Source: Bacteroidia bacterium
GTDB taxonomy: Bacteria > Bacteroidota > Bacteroidia > AKYH767-A > OLB10
Direction: 5' to 3'
Assembly (NCBI GenBank): GCA_039931675.1
Contig: JBDTRM010000046.1
Span: 310-64,309 of the forward strand
DNA: 64,000 nucleotides
Both the position numbers and the translations under genes were made by a program. Below are positions 55,443 to 64,000 of this stretch, piece by piece (the first letter of the stretch is position 1; every line of letters begins with the position of its first letter). The notes under the pieces are model-generated. The model was not told where the DNA came from, ran no database searches, and saw only the letters and a program-made list of their open reading frames with translations.

Positions 55443-57533
55443 TCAATAAGCCCCGCTGCGTTTGCGCAAAAACCACTCAACAGTAAGTAAAGAAATAAGT
55501 AAGAAAAATACCCACTTGAGGTTGATAATATCCTTCAATTGTTTTTGAGTGTAGGATACGGAAGTAATGTCTTTTCGCGCCTTTAGTAGTTCACTAATTT
55601 GATGGAGTTGCTGCGGATATACCATTGCACCGCCACTGCGTTGCGCCACAGCATTGAGCAGTTGATGGTCGGCAAGCGTGGTTGATAATTCAACTTGCAA
55701 AGCGGATACGGTAAATTGACCTGACTGGGAATAAGTTTTATCCCCTAACTTAACATCAGCACGAAAACTATAATTGCCCACAGGAAAATAACCTGCGTTA
55801 AGCGTATAAGCTTTTTCAGTTTTGCTGAAGGTGTATGGAAAAGATTTTTTATCGCTGTTGGTGATTACAATCTTCACATCGGGAGTGTTAACCAGTTCAC
55901 CCGCATCGTTATATAATTCAGCATCAAGCACCACAGCTTCGTTTTCGAAAACATTGTTTTTATACTTAACACGAAAGGGTGTTTTTGATTCTTTTACAGA
56001 AAGGTATTGTGCAATCTTTTGAATAAATTCATTCGTAAGCGTACGGCTGTTTTTTTCAGCATATTCTTTCAATCCCCAGCGCCACAAACCTTCGCCACAG
56101 AGCAGTGCAGTTTTATGTCCTTCTGTTTCATTGAAGAGCATCAGCGGCTCATCGGTGGTAACTGTTCCTATACGCTGATTAAACAACACACCGCTTTCGG
56201 CAGTGGGTTTATAAACTCCAAATGGTGATATCAATGGCGGCAGCGTACTGAAAATGTTTTTCGTTTCTTCACTCAATGTGAAAAGTGAAAAGTTTTTATT
56301 TACATCAGCCTGCACCTGGTTGAGTTTACCATTGGCGTTAGCGATATTTAATCCTGCTTTCAAACTATTAAATGCGGCAATGTTGGTTTGAGAACCGATA
56401 ATGTACCACAGCGATACATCTGTAGTCTTTATCTTGTCGAACAACAGTTGTGAGTTCAACCCTGCTGCAGGCAACTGGTGGAGGATAATAAGATTGTAGT
56501 CCTTAATGTTGTTATCAAAATCTTTGGCATAGGCCACTTTAACTTCATAGTTCTGGCTGGCTTCAATTGCATTTTTTATGGAACCAATATCAGGATGCGG
56601 TGAATATGCCAGCAGTAAAACTTTTTGCTTGCTTTCTAAAACTTCCACAAAAACATTTATACTGTTATTGGCTGTGCTTAACTCACCGGGCAAAACAGCG
56701 AGTGAAATTTTATATTGCTGAATGCCTTTTGTTTTAGCATCAAGATAAACAGGAACTGTAAGATGAAACTTATCATTCGTAATATTTACCTCGCGCTGAA
56801 ATAAAACTGCACTGTCTTTTTCAATAGTAAGTGTTGATTTGCTGCCTCCACATTGGCGTGCATCCACCGTAATCTCCATTGGGAAGCTATTGCCGAGAAA
56901 AGCCACACGGTTATGATTAACGCGCGTAAGCACAAGGTCTTTATGAACTGTTGTATCACCCAACGCAATGGTATAAAAGGGAATCTTGAATTTTTCACTC
57001 AGGTATAACGGGCTGCTTCCTGAATTAAATAAACCATCGCTGGCAATAATTACAGCGCCAAGATTCCTGTTATCGTATTGTACTGATAAGTAATCGAACA
57101 ACTTTGAAAAATCGGTTTGCTTTTGATTGAAATTAAAATCGAGTTGCTCTTTAACCTGGTCACCAAAAGAATAAGAGCGCACTTCGTAATCATCTTTCAA
57201 ATCGTTACTGAGTTTGGTAAGTGCAGCAGCATATCCATTTTTATAGTAAGATGAATCTTTACCAACAGCCACCGACTGCGAATTATCCTGTGCAATAATT
57301 ACGATTGGTTTTTCTACCTGCCTCGTAATTGTTTTAATAAGCGGGCTTAATAAAAGCATCGCTAAAAATGTGACGCATAAAAAACGAAAAGTGGTCATTA
57401 ACCTGCGAAGCCATACATGCACTTCGCTGAATTGTGAATCATTACGGTAAAGGATGAATGAATAAACCGCACCCAGCGCAACACAAAATATAATAAACCA
57501 CCACGGCTTTTCAGTAACTATCTGGAAATTCAA
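55443..57533 (-). CDS. membrane protein with N-terminal double-TM (BatA_N-like) domain
   Basis: PWWFIIFCVALGAVYSFILYR..., large extracytoplasmic body, C-terminal TM; common Bacteroidota architecture. Confidence 0.5.
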   Translation of the reverse strand: MNFQIVTEKPWWFIIFCVALGAVYSFILYRNDSQFSEVHVWLRRLMTTFRFLCVTFLAMLLLSPLIKTITRQVEKPIVIIAQDNSQSVAVGKDSSYYKNGYAAALTKLSNDLKDDYEVRSYSFGDQVKEQLDFNFNQKQTDFSKLFDYLSVQYDNRNLGAVIIASDGLFNSGSSPLYLSEKFKIPFYTIALGDTTVHKDLVLTRVNHNRVAFLGNSFPMEITVDARQCGGSKSTLTIEKDSAVLFQREVNITNDKFHLTVPVYLDAKTKGIQQYKISLAVLPGELSTANNSINVFVEVLESKQKVLLLAYSPHPDIGSIKNAIEASQNYEVKVAYAKDFDNNIKDYNLIILHQLPAAGLNSQLLFDKIKTTDVSLWYIIGSQTNIAAFNSLKAGLNIANANGKLNQVQADVNKNFSLFTLSEETKNIFSTLPPLISPFGVYKPTAESGVLFNQRIGTVTTDEPLMLFNETEGHKTALLCGEGLWRWGLKEYAEKNSRTLTNEFIQKIAQYLSVKESKTPFRVKYKNNVFENEAVVLDAELYNDAGELVNTPDVKIVITNSDKKSFPYTFSKTEKAYTLNAGYFPVGNYSFRADVKLGDKTYSQSGQFTVSALQVELSTTLADHQLLNAVAQRSGGAMVYPQQLHQISELLKARKDITSVSYTQKQLKDIINLKWVFFLLISLLTVEWFLRKRSGAY

Positions 57534-57627
57534 TTTTTATTATTTGATTTAATTATTGGTTATGAAAGTATATAACCTGCTTTAGTCAATGGAGGAAACG
57601 TTGTGTTTATTCAATTGTAAAATTAAG

Positions 57628-57706
57628 ATGTCTGACACCCTTAGAGGCGTCTGACATCTGATTACGCCACCAACGATGTCAGACACCTTTTCGGGTGTCA
57701 GACATC
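57628..57706. terminator. 79-nt nested hairpin built from four GTCAGACA(C/T)C words
   Basis: gatgtctgacaccc pairs perfectly with gggtgtcagacatc. The inner arms pair with one mismatch. It lies directly after the stop of 57732..58388. Confidence 0.65.
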
Positions 57707-57731
57707 TGAGTTACAGCAAACCGAAAACTAT

Positions 57732-58388
57732 TTACACTTTTACGTACGCCCAGCTTTTTCCATTTGCAATACGCGAAATCTGCATTTCACTTATTTTAAA
57801 TTTCTTGGCAAGTTCGCTTTGTAATGAACCTTTTTTAAGGCTTTGCTTAATTTTAACAACCTGGTCTCTCGTTAATTTTGATGATAACGTAACACGTACA
57901 CCAGCTATTGTTAGTTTTTGATTTTGTTTTGCCGTGCGCGTAAATGCTTCATTAGGTTTTGCCCATTGCAGATTTTTTATACGGTTATTTAATTTATTCC
58001 AGTCTAAGTGAATTACCACAGCTTTTTTATAAGCTGGCTTTTTGATGAAATGCTCGGCAGTGATGTAATGGATGTAATGCATCCTGCGCACACCTTTGTT
58101 TACAAGATCCATTGCAAGATAGCCGTTCACGTTTTTACCGTTAACAAGTGTTCCGTTCACATGATCATAGTAATAACTTTTTACACGCCCGTAGCTGCTG
58201 ATCATGTATGGACGGTCGCTTTTCAGCATTTTTTTCCATTGCTCACCCGCAAGGTTAGCAATAGGTTTTCCGGTCGCTTTCTTTGAGCGAACAGCAACAG
58301 ATTTTTTAACAGCAGTCTTTTTTGCAACTGCTTTTTTAGCAGGACTTTTTTTGCCTGCGGCCTTTTTGGTAGTGGATTTTTTTGCCAT
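57732..58388 (-). CDS. NUMOD4/HNH_3 homing-endonuclease-like protein with Lys/Ala-rich H1-like N-terminal tail and C-terminal HTH
   Basis: GEQWKKM...YMISSYGRVKS (NUMOD4); HLDWNKLNNRIKNLQW (HNH); ELAKKFKISEMQISRIANGKSW (HTH). Confidence 0.7.
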   Translation of the reverse strand: MAKKSTTKKAAGKKSPAKKAVAKKTAVKKSVAVRSKKATGKPIANLAGEQWKKMLKSDRPYMISSYGRVKSYYYDHVNGTLVNGKNVNGYLAMDLVNKGVRRMHYIHYITAEHFIKKPAYKKAVVIHLDWNKLNNRIKNLQWAKPNEAFTRTAKQNQKLTIAGVRVTLSSKLTRDQVVKIKQSLKKGSLQSELAKKFKISEMQISRIANGKSWAYVKV

Positions 58389-58475
58389 AATTTAAGAATT
58401 AAAGGAGTTATATTTGATAACTGATACTGTAAACGTAAAAAAAATTCTTTAACTGCAAAACTTTTTGTAAAATAA

Positions 58476-59804
58476 TTATCTTTTCACAGGCATATTTCGC
58501 ATCATATTACGCATATTTCCTCCACTCATCATTTTCATCATTTTGCGCATATCTTCAAATTGCTTGATTAGTTTGTTCACCTCCTGAATGGTGGTGCCGC
58601 TGCCATCTGCTATGCGTTTTCTGCGACTGCCATTGATGATAGCAGGCTCTTCGCGCTCCCTCGGAGTCATTGATTTGATGATGGCTTCAATACCATCAAA
58701 AGACTTGTTGTCAATATCAATATCTTTCATTGCTTTGCCAACCCCGGGTATCATGCTTACAAGGTCCTTCATATTCCCCATCTTTTTGATCTGCTGCAAC
58801 TGCCCCAGGAAATCGTTAAAGTTAAACTGGTTCTTCTGAATTTTTTTCTGCAACTCGGCAGCCTGTTTTTCATCAAACTGCTCCTGCGCACGTTCAACCA
58901 ATGAAACAATATCTCCCATGCCCAATATACGATCGGCCATGCGCGAAGGATGGAACACATCTAATGCATCTAACTTCTCTCCTGTTCCAACAAATTTAAT
59001 GGGCTTATTAACCACAGATTTAATCGAAAGCGCAGCCCCGCCACGGGTATCACCATCTAACTTGGTCAATACCACTCCGTCAAAATTCAAACGTTCGTTA
59101 AAAGTTTTGGCTGTGTTTACAGCATCCTGCCCTGTCATAGCGTCAACCACAAAAAGAGTTTCATGTGGATTGACTGCTTTCTTAATTGCGGCAATTTCAT
59201 CCATCATCACTTCATCAATAGCGAGGCGACCGGCAGTATCTATAATTACTACATTCAGGTTTAATTCCTTTGCTTTGGCAATACCATTCAATGCAATCTG
59301 AACAGGGTTTTTATTTTCAGGCTCACTATATACCTCCACGTTAATCTGCTCACCTAACACTTTCAACTGGTCAATCGCAGCAGGACGGTAAACGTCACAA
59401 GCCACCAAAAGTGGTTGTTTCTGACGTTTTGATTTTAAGTAGTTAGCTAACTTGCCTGATAGGGTAGTTTTACCTGAACCCTGCAAACCCGACATTAAAA
59501 TAATGGTGGGATTATTTTTAAGATTGATCTCAGCCTGTGAGCCACCCATTAATTCGGTTAACTCATCATGCATAATTTTCACCATCAGTTGCGATGGAGA
59601 GACAGCAATCATCACGTTTTGCCCGATGGCTTTTTCCTTAACTGAATCGGTAAAGGTTTTTGCAACCTTATAATTAACGTCAGCATCAAGAAGCGCCTTA
59701 CGCACTTCTTTCATGGTTTCGGCAATGTTGATCTCTGTAATTTTCCCCTGGCCTTTTAATACCTTAAAGGCGCGGTCAAGTTTATCTGATAAATTTTCGA
59801 ACAT
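58476..59804 (-). CDS. ffh: signal recognition particle protein Ffh
   Basis: [20 protein letters not shown] GTPase motifs and a Met-rich C-terminus. Confidence 0.95.
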   Translation of the reverse strand: MFENLSDKLDRAFKVLKGQGKITEINIAETMKEVRKALLDADVNYKVAKTFTDSVKEKAIGQNVMIAVSPSQLMVKIMHDELTELMGGSQAEINLKNNPTIILMSGLQGSGKTTLSGKLANYLKSKRQKQPLLVACDVYRPAAIDQLKVLGEQINVEVYSEPENKNPVQIALNGIAKAKELNLNVVIIDTAGRLAIDEVMMDEIAAIKKAVNPHETLFVVDAMTGQDAVNTAKTFNERLNFDGVVLTKLDGDTRGGAALSIKSVVNKPIKFVGTGEKLDALDVFHPSRMADRILGMGDIVSLVERAQEQFDEKQAAELQKKIQKNQFNFNDFLGQLQQIKKMGNMKDLVSMIPGVGKAMKDIDIDNKSFDGIEAIIKSMTPREREEPAIINGSRRKRIADGSGTTIQEVNKLIKQFEDMRKMMKMMSGGNMRNMMRNMPVKR

Positions 59805-59969
59805 ATTTTTAAATCGTTTGCTGTTTGTGGTTCATTATTTTCAAACCTGATATCCTAATACCCATATTCCCTTATACCTCTTTTCACAGCGCGCAAAATT
59901 AATTTTATTTTGATAGGTTGAATTTGTTGCTTTGCGAAAATATAAAGTGGAAGTTTTTACTAATCATTT

Positions 59970-60025
59970 ACGGATTGCTTTCCCGCGAAGGGGCGGGACA
60001 TGCTGTTACCCGCAATGACGGTTGA
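59970..60025. repeat. REP-like element ACGGATTGCTT...CGCAATGACGGTTGA
   Basis: The same word set recurs at 61065-61136 on the other side of cdaA. Confidence 0.7.
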
Positions 60026-60031
60026 AAACAC

Positions 60032-60066
60032 AAATCGTAAATCGTAAATCCCAAATTGTAAATCAA
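60032..60066. repeat. degenerate 8-bp tandem repeat (AAATCGTA x2, AAATCCCA, AAATTGTA, AAATCA)
   Basis: Immediately upstream of the cdaA start codon. Confidence 0.7.
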
Positions 60067-60070
60067 AAGA

Positions 60071-60865
60071 ATGGAAGTATTTCACATAGGGTTTTTACCG
60101 GTGCGGCTTTTAGATTTGCTCGACATTTTATTGGTGGCGGTAATACTCTATAAGATGTATGACATTTTAAAAGGAGGCGTTGCCACCCGCATTTTTGTGG
60201 GCATATTGTCTATATATCTTTTGTGGTGGTTTTTTGCGAAAGCACTGCACATGCAGTTATTAGGAACTTTATTAGGCCTTTTGATCAATGTGGGCATATT
60301 GGGTTTGATCATAGTTTTTCAACCTGAGATCAGGAAATTCCTGATTATGATTGGCACTAACAGCTTTCTCGCTAAAAACTTATTTACGAAATACATTTTC
60401 AAGATAAATCTTAATGAAGGTGGTAAAATGGAATTGAATTTCGACCCTATTGTTAAAGCATGTGAGAGTTTAAGCAAATCGAAAACAGGCGCATTGATCG
60501 TGATAACACGCAGCAGCGATTTGAAGTATTACATAAACACAGGAGAATCAATAGATGCGGAAATTTCAGCTTCGCTATTAGAAAATATTTTTTTTAAAAA
60601 CTCACCATTACATGATGGAGCAATAATAATAGCAGGTGATAAAATAAAGGCTGCCCGCTGCCTGCTGCCTGTAACTGAAAATGCAAATGTTCCTGCCCAC
60701 TTAGGCACACGTCACCGCGCTGCCATGGGAATAAGTGAACACACTGATGCATTGGCAATTGTTGTATCAGAAGAAACAGGTGCCATAACCGTAGCTGATG
60801 ATGGCGAGTTTAAAAAAAATCTTACAGTTGAAGAGTTGAAGAAGATACTTGAAGAGATTGGGTAG
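60071..60865 (+). CDS. cdaA: diadenylate cyclase CdaA
   Basis: Three N-terminal TM helices; DAC domain GALIVI...HDGAIII...LGTRHRAAMGISE...VVSEETG. Confidence 0.9.
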   Translation: MEVFHIGFLPVRLLDLLDILLVAVILYKMYDILKGGVATRIFVGILSIYLLWWFFAKALHMQLLGTLLGLLINVGILGLIIVFQPEIRKFLIMIGTNSFLAKNLFTKYIFKINLNEGGKMELNFDPIVKACESLSKSKTGALIVITRSSDLKYYINTGESIDAEISASLLENIFFKNSPLHDGAIIIAGDKIKAARCLLPVTENANVPAHLGTRHRAAMGISEHTDALAIVVSEETGAITVADDGEFKKNLTVEELKKILEEIG

Positions 60866-60874
60866 GAAGGGGCG

Positions 60875-60906
60875 AAGAGGCAAGAGGCAAGAGGCAAGAG
60901 GCAAGG
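60875..60906. repeat. 7-bp tandem repeat (AAGAGGC) x4
   Basis: gaagaggcaagaggcaagaggcaagaggcaagg, directly after the cdaA stop. Confidence 0.8.
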
Positions 60907-60994
60907 CGCAATTGGCAAAGCACAATTGAAAAAAAAGCAATAATTCAAATTTCAATTGATGAGAATTTTCAAAAAACCTTAACGACAACATTTT

Positions 60995-61026
60995 ACTTTC
61001 GGAAAGTTACTTCAACTTTCCGAAAG
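60995..61026. repeat. perfect 13-bp-arm hairpin ACTTTCGGAAAGT-tacttca-ACTTTCCGAAAGT
   Basis: Same arms as 21793-21826; lies between convergent genes, so likely a bidirectional terminator. Confidence 0.75.
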
Positions 61027-61064
61027 TTGCTACACGCGAAAAATAAGTGCAATGGAAATCATTG

Positions 61065-61136
61065 ACGGATTGCTTCGTTCCTCGCAATGACGGTTGACCT
61101 GATAGATTCCTTAGTTCCGCGCAATGACGAATTGCC
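61065..61136. repeat. REP-like elements ACGGATTGCTTCGTTCCTCGCAATGACGGTTGA plus partial second unit CGCGCAATGACGAATTGCC
   Basis: Same orientation and words as 59970-60025. Confidence 0.7.
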
Positions 61137-61159
61137 AAATTACCAAATTACCCACTCCC

Positions 61160-63028
61160 TTACTTAGCCGCAGCTTCAATTTGATTTCTATAGTTGGGAT
61201 CTATCTGTGCTCCTAAAGATGTTGCCATTTGTACATCAGCCAAAGCTTCTTTATAACGCTTTAAATAATACATGGCCTGAGAGCGATTTACATAAGCATT
61301 GCCATCATTAGGATTTAATTGAATAGCACGGTTTAAATCCTGCAAACCCTCATTAAATTTCCCAACCTGCAGGTACGTATATCCACGTGCTACATAACTT
61401 TCTTCTTTATCAGGATTTTCACGTATGATGCGGGTAAAATCGGTTATGGCACGATCGAATTGCTTGCTGTTTGCCAATGAAATTGCACGGTTATGAATGG
61501 CTTCCATATAATTTGGCTTTAACCTTATGGCCTGGTCGAAATCTTTAATTGCAAGATCGAATTGCTTACGGATACTGTAAACGATACCACGGTTATTATA
61601 TGCCAACTCATAATTTGGATCGGCTTGTATAGATGCAGTAAGGTCGCGCATGGCTTCATCATATTTCTGCAAATGCTCGCCATAATGCTTGCCGCGATTA
61701 TTTAATGCGGTGGCAACTTTGGGATATTGCTCCAATACATTGTCCCATAGTGTTAGACTGTCATTCCACACCTTACATCTCTGAAATGTTGTGTAAAATA
61801 AAAAACATAAATAGACTCCCAGCACGCCATAAACCAAGTTTTTTAAATCAGGTTTATTTTCGATGAGGTAATAAATTCCTGATGCTAATAAAAATGCAAA
61901 GGCAATGCCCGGCACTAACGAATAACGCTCACTGAACATGGTTGGACCGACCGGCATAAGTTGCAACACCAATGCAATGGTTGAAACAAAAAATCCTCCG
62001 CAAAATAAAAACAGCTTTGTCTTTTTTGCCGACATAAAAAGCAATACAGCAAGTATGACAACTAAAACTCCGCATAAGTAAAACTCCCACGGCAAAGAAG
62101 TTTGAGCTGTCTTTGGAGGGTAAGGATAGAAAGCCGAGAGATTAACAGGAGCTATTAATTTTATCGGATAAAAAATTAAGTTGCGGCAGGCAATGAGAAT
62201 TTTTTCACCAAATGAAAATACATTTGATGTATCAATAGTTCCCGATTCTTTTACAGCACTTACTTGTTTCCATCCCATGTAAAAAGAAAGCAGCACATAA
62301 GGAACTTTTTCTAAAACAAGTTTTACTGAAAATTTTCGTCCGATATAATAGTCAAGCATAATCATGGGGCCAATGATTGATGCTGCCATTACTTTTGAAT
62401 AAATAGATAAGGTGAACAACAAAAAAGAAAAGAGCAGGTATTTATAACTTTCATCCTTTCGGATATAATATAAATATGCAATGAGTGATGCGACAAGAAA
62501 AACAAGATACATCAGGTCTTTGCGTTCTGCTGCCCAGGCTACAGATTCAACACGCATTGCATTTAATCCGTATAAAGATGTGGTTATGGCGGCAATGATT
62601 TTATTGTTGCTCAGTAAGAGAATGAACCAATAAACCAAAGCACATGCCATCACAAACATTATAACACTTGTGGTATGATAACCTTTTGGATTAAGCCCGT
62701 AAAAATGATACTCAATAGCATAAGATAAAATGTGCAACGGCTGATAATTACCAAAATAATTTTCAGTAAAAATCCGCTTAATGCTTGCTCCATCAAGCGT
62801 GCGTATCAGGGGATTTTCGGGAAGATAACTTGGATCGTCCCAATTGGTAAGATCGTTATTGAGGGAAGGGAAAAATGCAATAAAAATTACAGGTAGCAGG
62901 ATAAGTAATGGCAATAATTTCTGAAACCAGCTTTCTGAAGGCAGATTTTTTTTCCTGTCTTCTTTCTTCGGGGTTGATGAAACCTTAGCTGAAGTTACAT
63001 TCTTTCGGGCGGGAATATTTTTTCTCAT
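61160..63028 (-). CDS. multi-TM glycosyltransferase-39-like (PMT/TMTC-like) membrane protein with C-terminal TPR repeats
   Basis: About 10 TM helices, then five or more TPR units (NNRG..Y, AI.DF..AI.L.P). Confidence 0.6.
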   Translation of the reverse strand: MRKNIPARKNVTSAKVSSTPKKEDRKKNLPSESWFQKLLPLLILLPVIFIAFFPSLNNDLTNWDDPSYLPENPLIRTLDGASIKRIFTENYFGNYQPLHILSYAIEYHFYGLNPKGYHTTSVIMFVMACALVYWFILLLSNNKIIAAITTSLYGLNAMRVESVAWAAERKDLMYLVFLVASLIAYLYYIRKDESYKYLLFSFLLFTLSIYSKVMAASIIGPMIMLDYYIGRKFSVKLVLEKVPYVLLSFYMGWKQVSAVKESGTIDTSNVFSFGEKILIACRNLIFYPIKLIAPVNLSAFYPYPPKTAQTSLPWEFYLCGVLVVILAVLLFMSAKKTKLFLFCGGFFVSTIALVLQLMPVGPTMFSERYSLVPGIAFAFLLASGIYYLIENKPDLKNLVYGVLGVYLCFLFYTTFQRCKVWNDSLTLWDNVLEQYPKVATALNNRGKHYGEHLQKYDEAMRDLTASIQADPNYELAYNNRGIVYSIRKQFDLAIKDFDQAIRLKPNYMEAIHNRAISLANSKQFDRAITDFTRIIRENPDKEESYVARGYTYLQVGKFNEGLQDLNRAIQLNPNDGNAYVNRSQAMYYLKRYKEALADVQMATSLGAQIDPNYRNQIEAAAK

Positions 63029-63242
63029 TCAATAATTTTTAAACGCAAATTATATTTAATCAAAAGTGCAATGAATTAAATTTTCAGGTTTCAAATATAA
63101 AATCAATTTTTTTGTGATGTAAAAGCCATGTTATCTGTAATAATATTTCGTCCTATAAGGGACTCTCAAAGTCTTCTGCAATTATTATGTTACCAATATA
63201 TCGTTCCTCAGGAACTTTTCGCCAATTCAAAAATTAAAAGAA

Positions 63243-63674
63243 TCATTCAGGCTTATAAACCATTGTAACATGTTCAATGTTGGCTTCCCAAAAATGATCT
63301 CCTTCCTCCATGAAACCATGCTTTGCATAAAAGCCATAGGCTGACATTTGCGCATGGAGATATATTTTTTTATTCAAAGGAATTACATCATTCAATATGG
63401 CATCCAATAAAGCAAGACCAACATCTTTTGAACGAAAAGGTGCAAGCACTGCAAAGCGTTCTAACTTAATTCCGCTTTCAGTGAAACGCCAGCGCGCTGC
63501 ACCACAGGGGCGATTGCCAAAATACGCAAGATAATGCGAAGCTTCATTTTCATGTTCATCATATTCAAGATCATGATCAACATGCTGCTCAATTACAAAA
63601 ACAGTATTTCTTATTTCAAATAATTGCTTAGCCTCTTCTGACTGAAGATCGCTTATTCTTTTTACGGTTAGCAT
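63243..63674 (-). CDS. GNAT-family N-acetyltransferase (ElaA-like)
   Basis: RNTVFVIEQ...; RSKDVGLALL motif A; 143 aa. Confidence 0.8.
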   Translation of the reverse strand: MLTVKRISDLQSEEAKQLFEIRNTVFVIEQHVDHDLEYDEHENEASHYLAYFGNRPCGAARWRFTESGIKLERFAVLAPFRSKDVGLALLDAILNDVIPLNKKIYLHAQMSAYGFYAKHGFMEEGDHFWEANIEHVTMVYKPE

Positions 63675-63757
63675 AATTAGATTGTGAACGGGATAAATTT
63701 GTAAATTTCTATCAACCCAGTATTTTAAATCAGTTAATACGATTATTCAAAGGAGTT

Positions 63758-63874
63758 AACCTTAGTAGAAAAGATTGACTTTTGTGAAAAACCTTATTAC
63801 CTTATTATTTCGTTGAAAATAAGGTAATAAGGTAATAAGGTAGTCCTTGTTGACAAAGATTTTCTACTAAGGTT
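63758..63874 (-). terminator. nested double hairpin (outer 15-bp arms AACCTTAGTAGAAAA; inner 15-bp arms CCTTATTACCTTATT)
   Basis: Both stems are perfect. On the - strand the inner stem is followed by T5. Located 10 nt after the stop of the T9SS-tail gene. Confidence 0.65.
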
Positions 63875-63883
63875 TTTTTCCAT

Positions 63884-64000
63884 TTATTGAATAACCAGTT
63901 TTTTAATTGTTTCTTTTTTACCTGAAGTAATTTTCACAAAATAGACACCGGGCTTAAGTGATTTGTTTTTGTATTTAAATTGAGATGAATTAATGTTGAA
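63884..64000 (-). CDS. 3' end of a gene encoding a T9SS C-terminal sorting domain (partial, runs off the window)
   Basis: - strand translation ends ...LKPGVYFVKITSGKKETIKKLVIQ*. Confidence 0.6.
   Translation of the reverse strand, partial: FNINSSQFKYKNKSLKPGVYFVKITSGKKETIKKLVIQ

Noticed and set aside
60875-60906. Heptamer tandem repeat as a phase-variation (slipped-strand) switch
   Set aside because: It lies downstream of the cdaA stop and between convergent genes. It is not in a coding region or a promoter spacer, so a contingency-locus role is unsupported.
1-64000. tRNA, rRNA, transposase, integrase or CRISPR-Cas genes anywhere in the window
   Set aside because: Reading intergenic regions and all ORF translations, I recognised no cloverleaf-like GTTCGAATC-type T-arms, rRNA-like segments, DDE/tyrosine/serine recombinase signatures or Cas proteins. 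A proper tRNAscan/Infernal/HMM scan is still needed to confirm their absence.

Overview
This is a low-GC, Bacteroidota-type chromosomal segment. The evidence is T9SS C-terminal sorting domains, TTG/TAnnTTTG-type promoters, A/T-rich leaders instead of Shine-Dalgarno sites, and many lipoprotein signal peptides. Recognisable housekeeping genes (crcB, ndk, mntR-mntH, miaA, clpS, nfeD-floA, rocD, ffh, cdaA) frame two accessory regions built as repeat-punctuated gene-cassette arrays.

Array 1 (about 10.7-17.0 kb, + strand) has 8 copies of a 36-75 bp element with a canonical Bacteroidota promoter in its core. These delimit 7 cassettes: OmpA-like proteins, an RDD protein, a PIN toxin-antitoxin pair and small secreted proteins.

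Array 2 (about 33.4-53.3 kb, - strand) has 14 copies of a roughly 60-bp element, about 10 well conserved and 4 partial. The element carries an A/T-rich leader, an ATG and the first few codons (MNYGI-like). That ATG is either fused to the cassette gene or forms a short uORF that stops on or next to the gene's own ATG. The array holds about 26 small genes, mostly lipoproteins, secreted proteins or MORN/YwqK-like repeat proteins. It also has one in-frame-stop pseudogene and a near-identical 350-bp internal direct duplication 3.78 kb apart. A solo copy of the element lies at 23.5 kb.

I recognised no integrase, transposase, CRISPR, tRNA or rRNA anywhere in the window. The array architecture resembles integron/CALIN or orphan-immunity islands, but the repeat sits at the 5' end and carries expression signals. 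This is the most unusual thing here.

Secondary observations:
- decayed toxin-antitoxin modules at the array 2 boundary
- a family of word-like hairpin and tandem intergenic repeats
- an Nramp-USP fusion with a palindromic operator candidate
- a ThiF/E1-like two-gene module at the left edge
- a free-standing NUMOD4/HNH endonuclease-like gene

All family assignments come from reading the translated ORFs by eye. No searches or numeric composition statistics were run.
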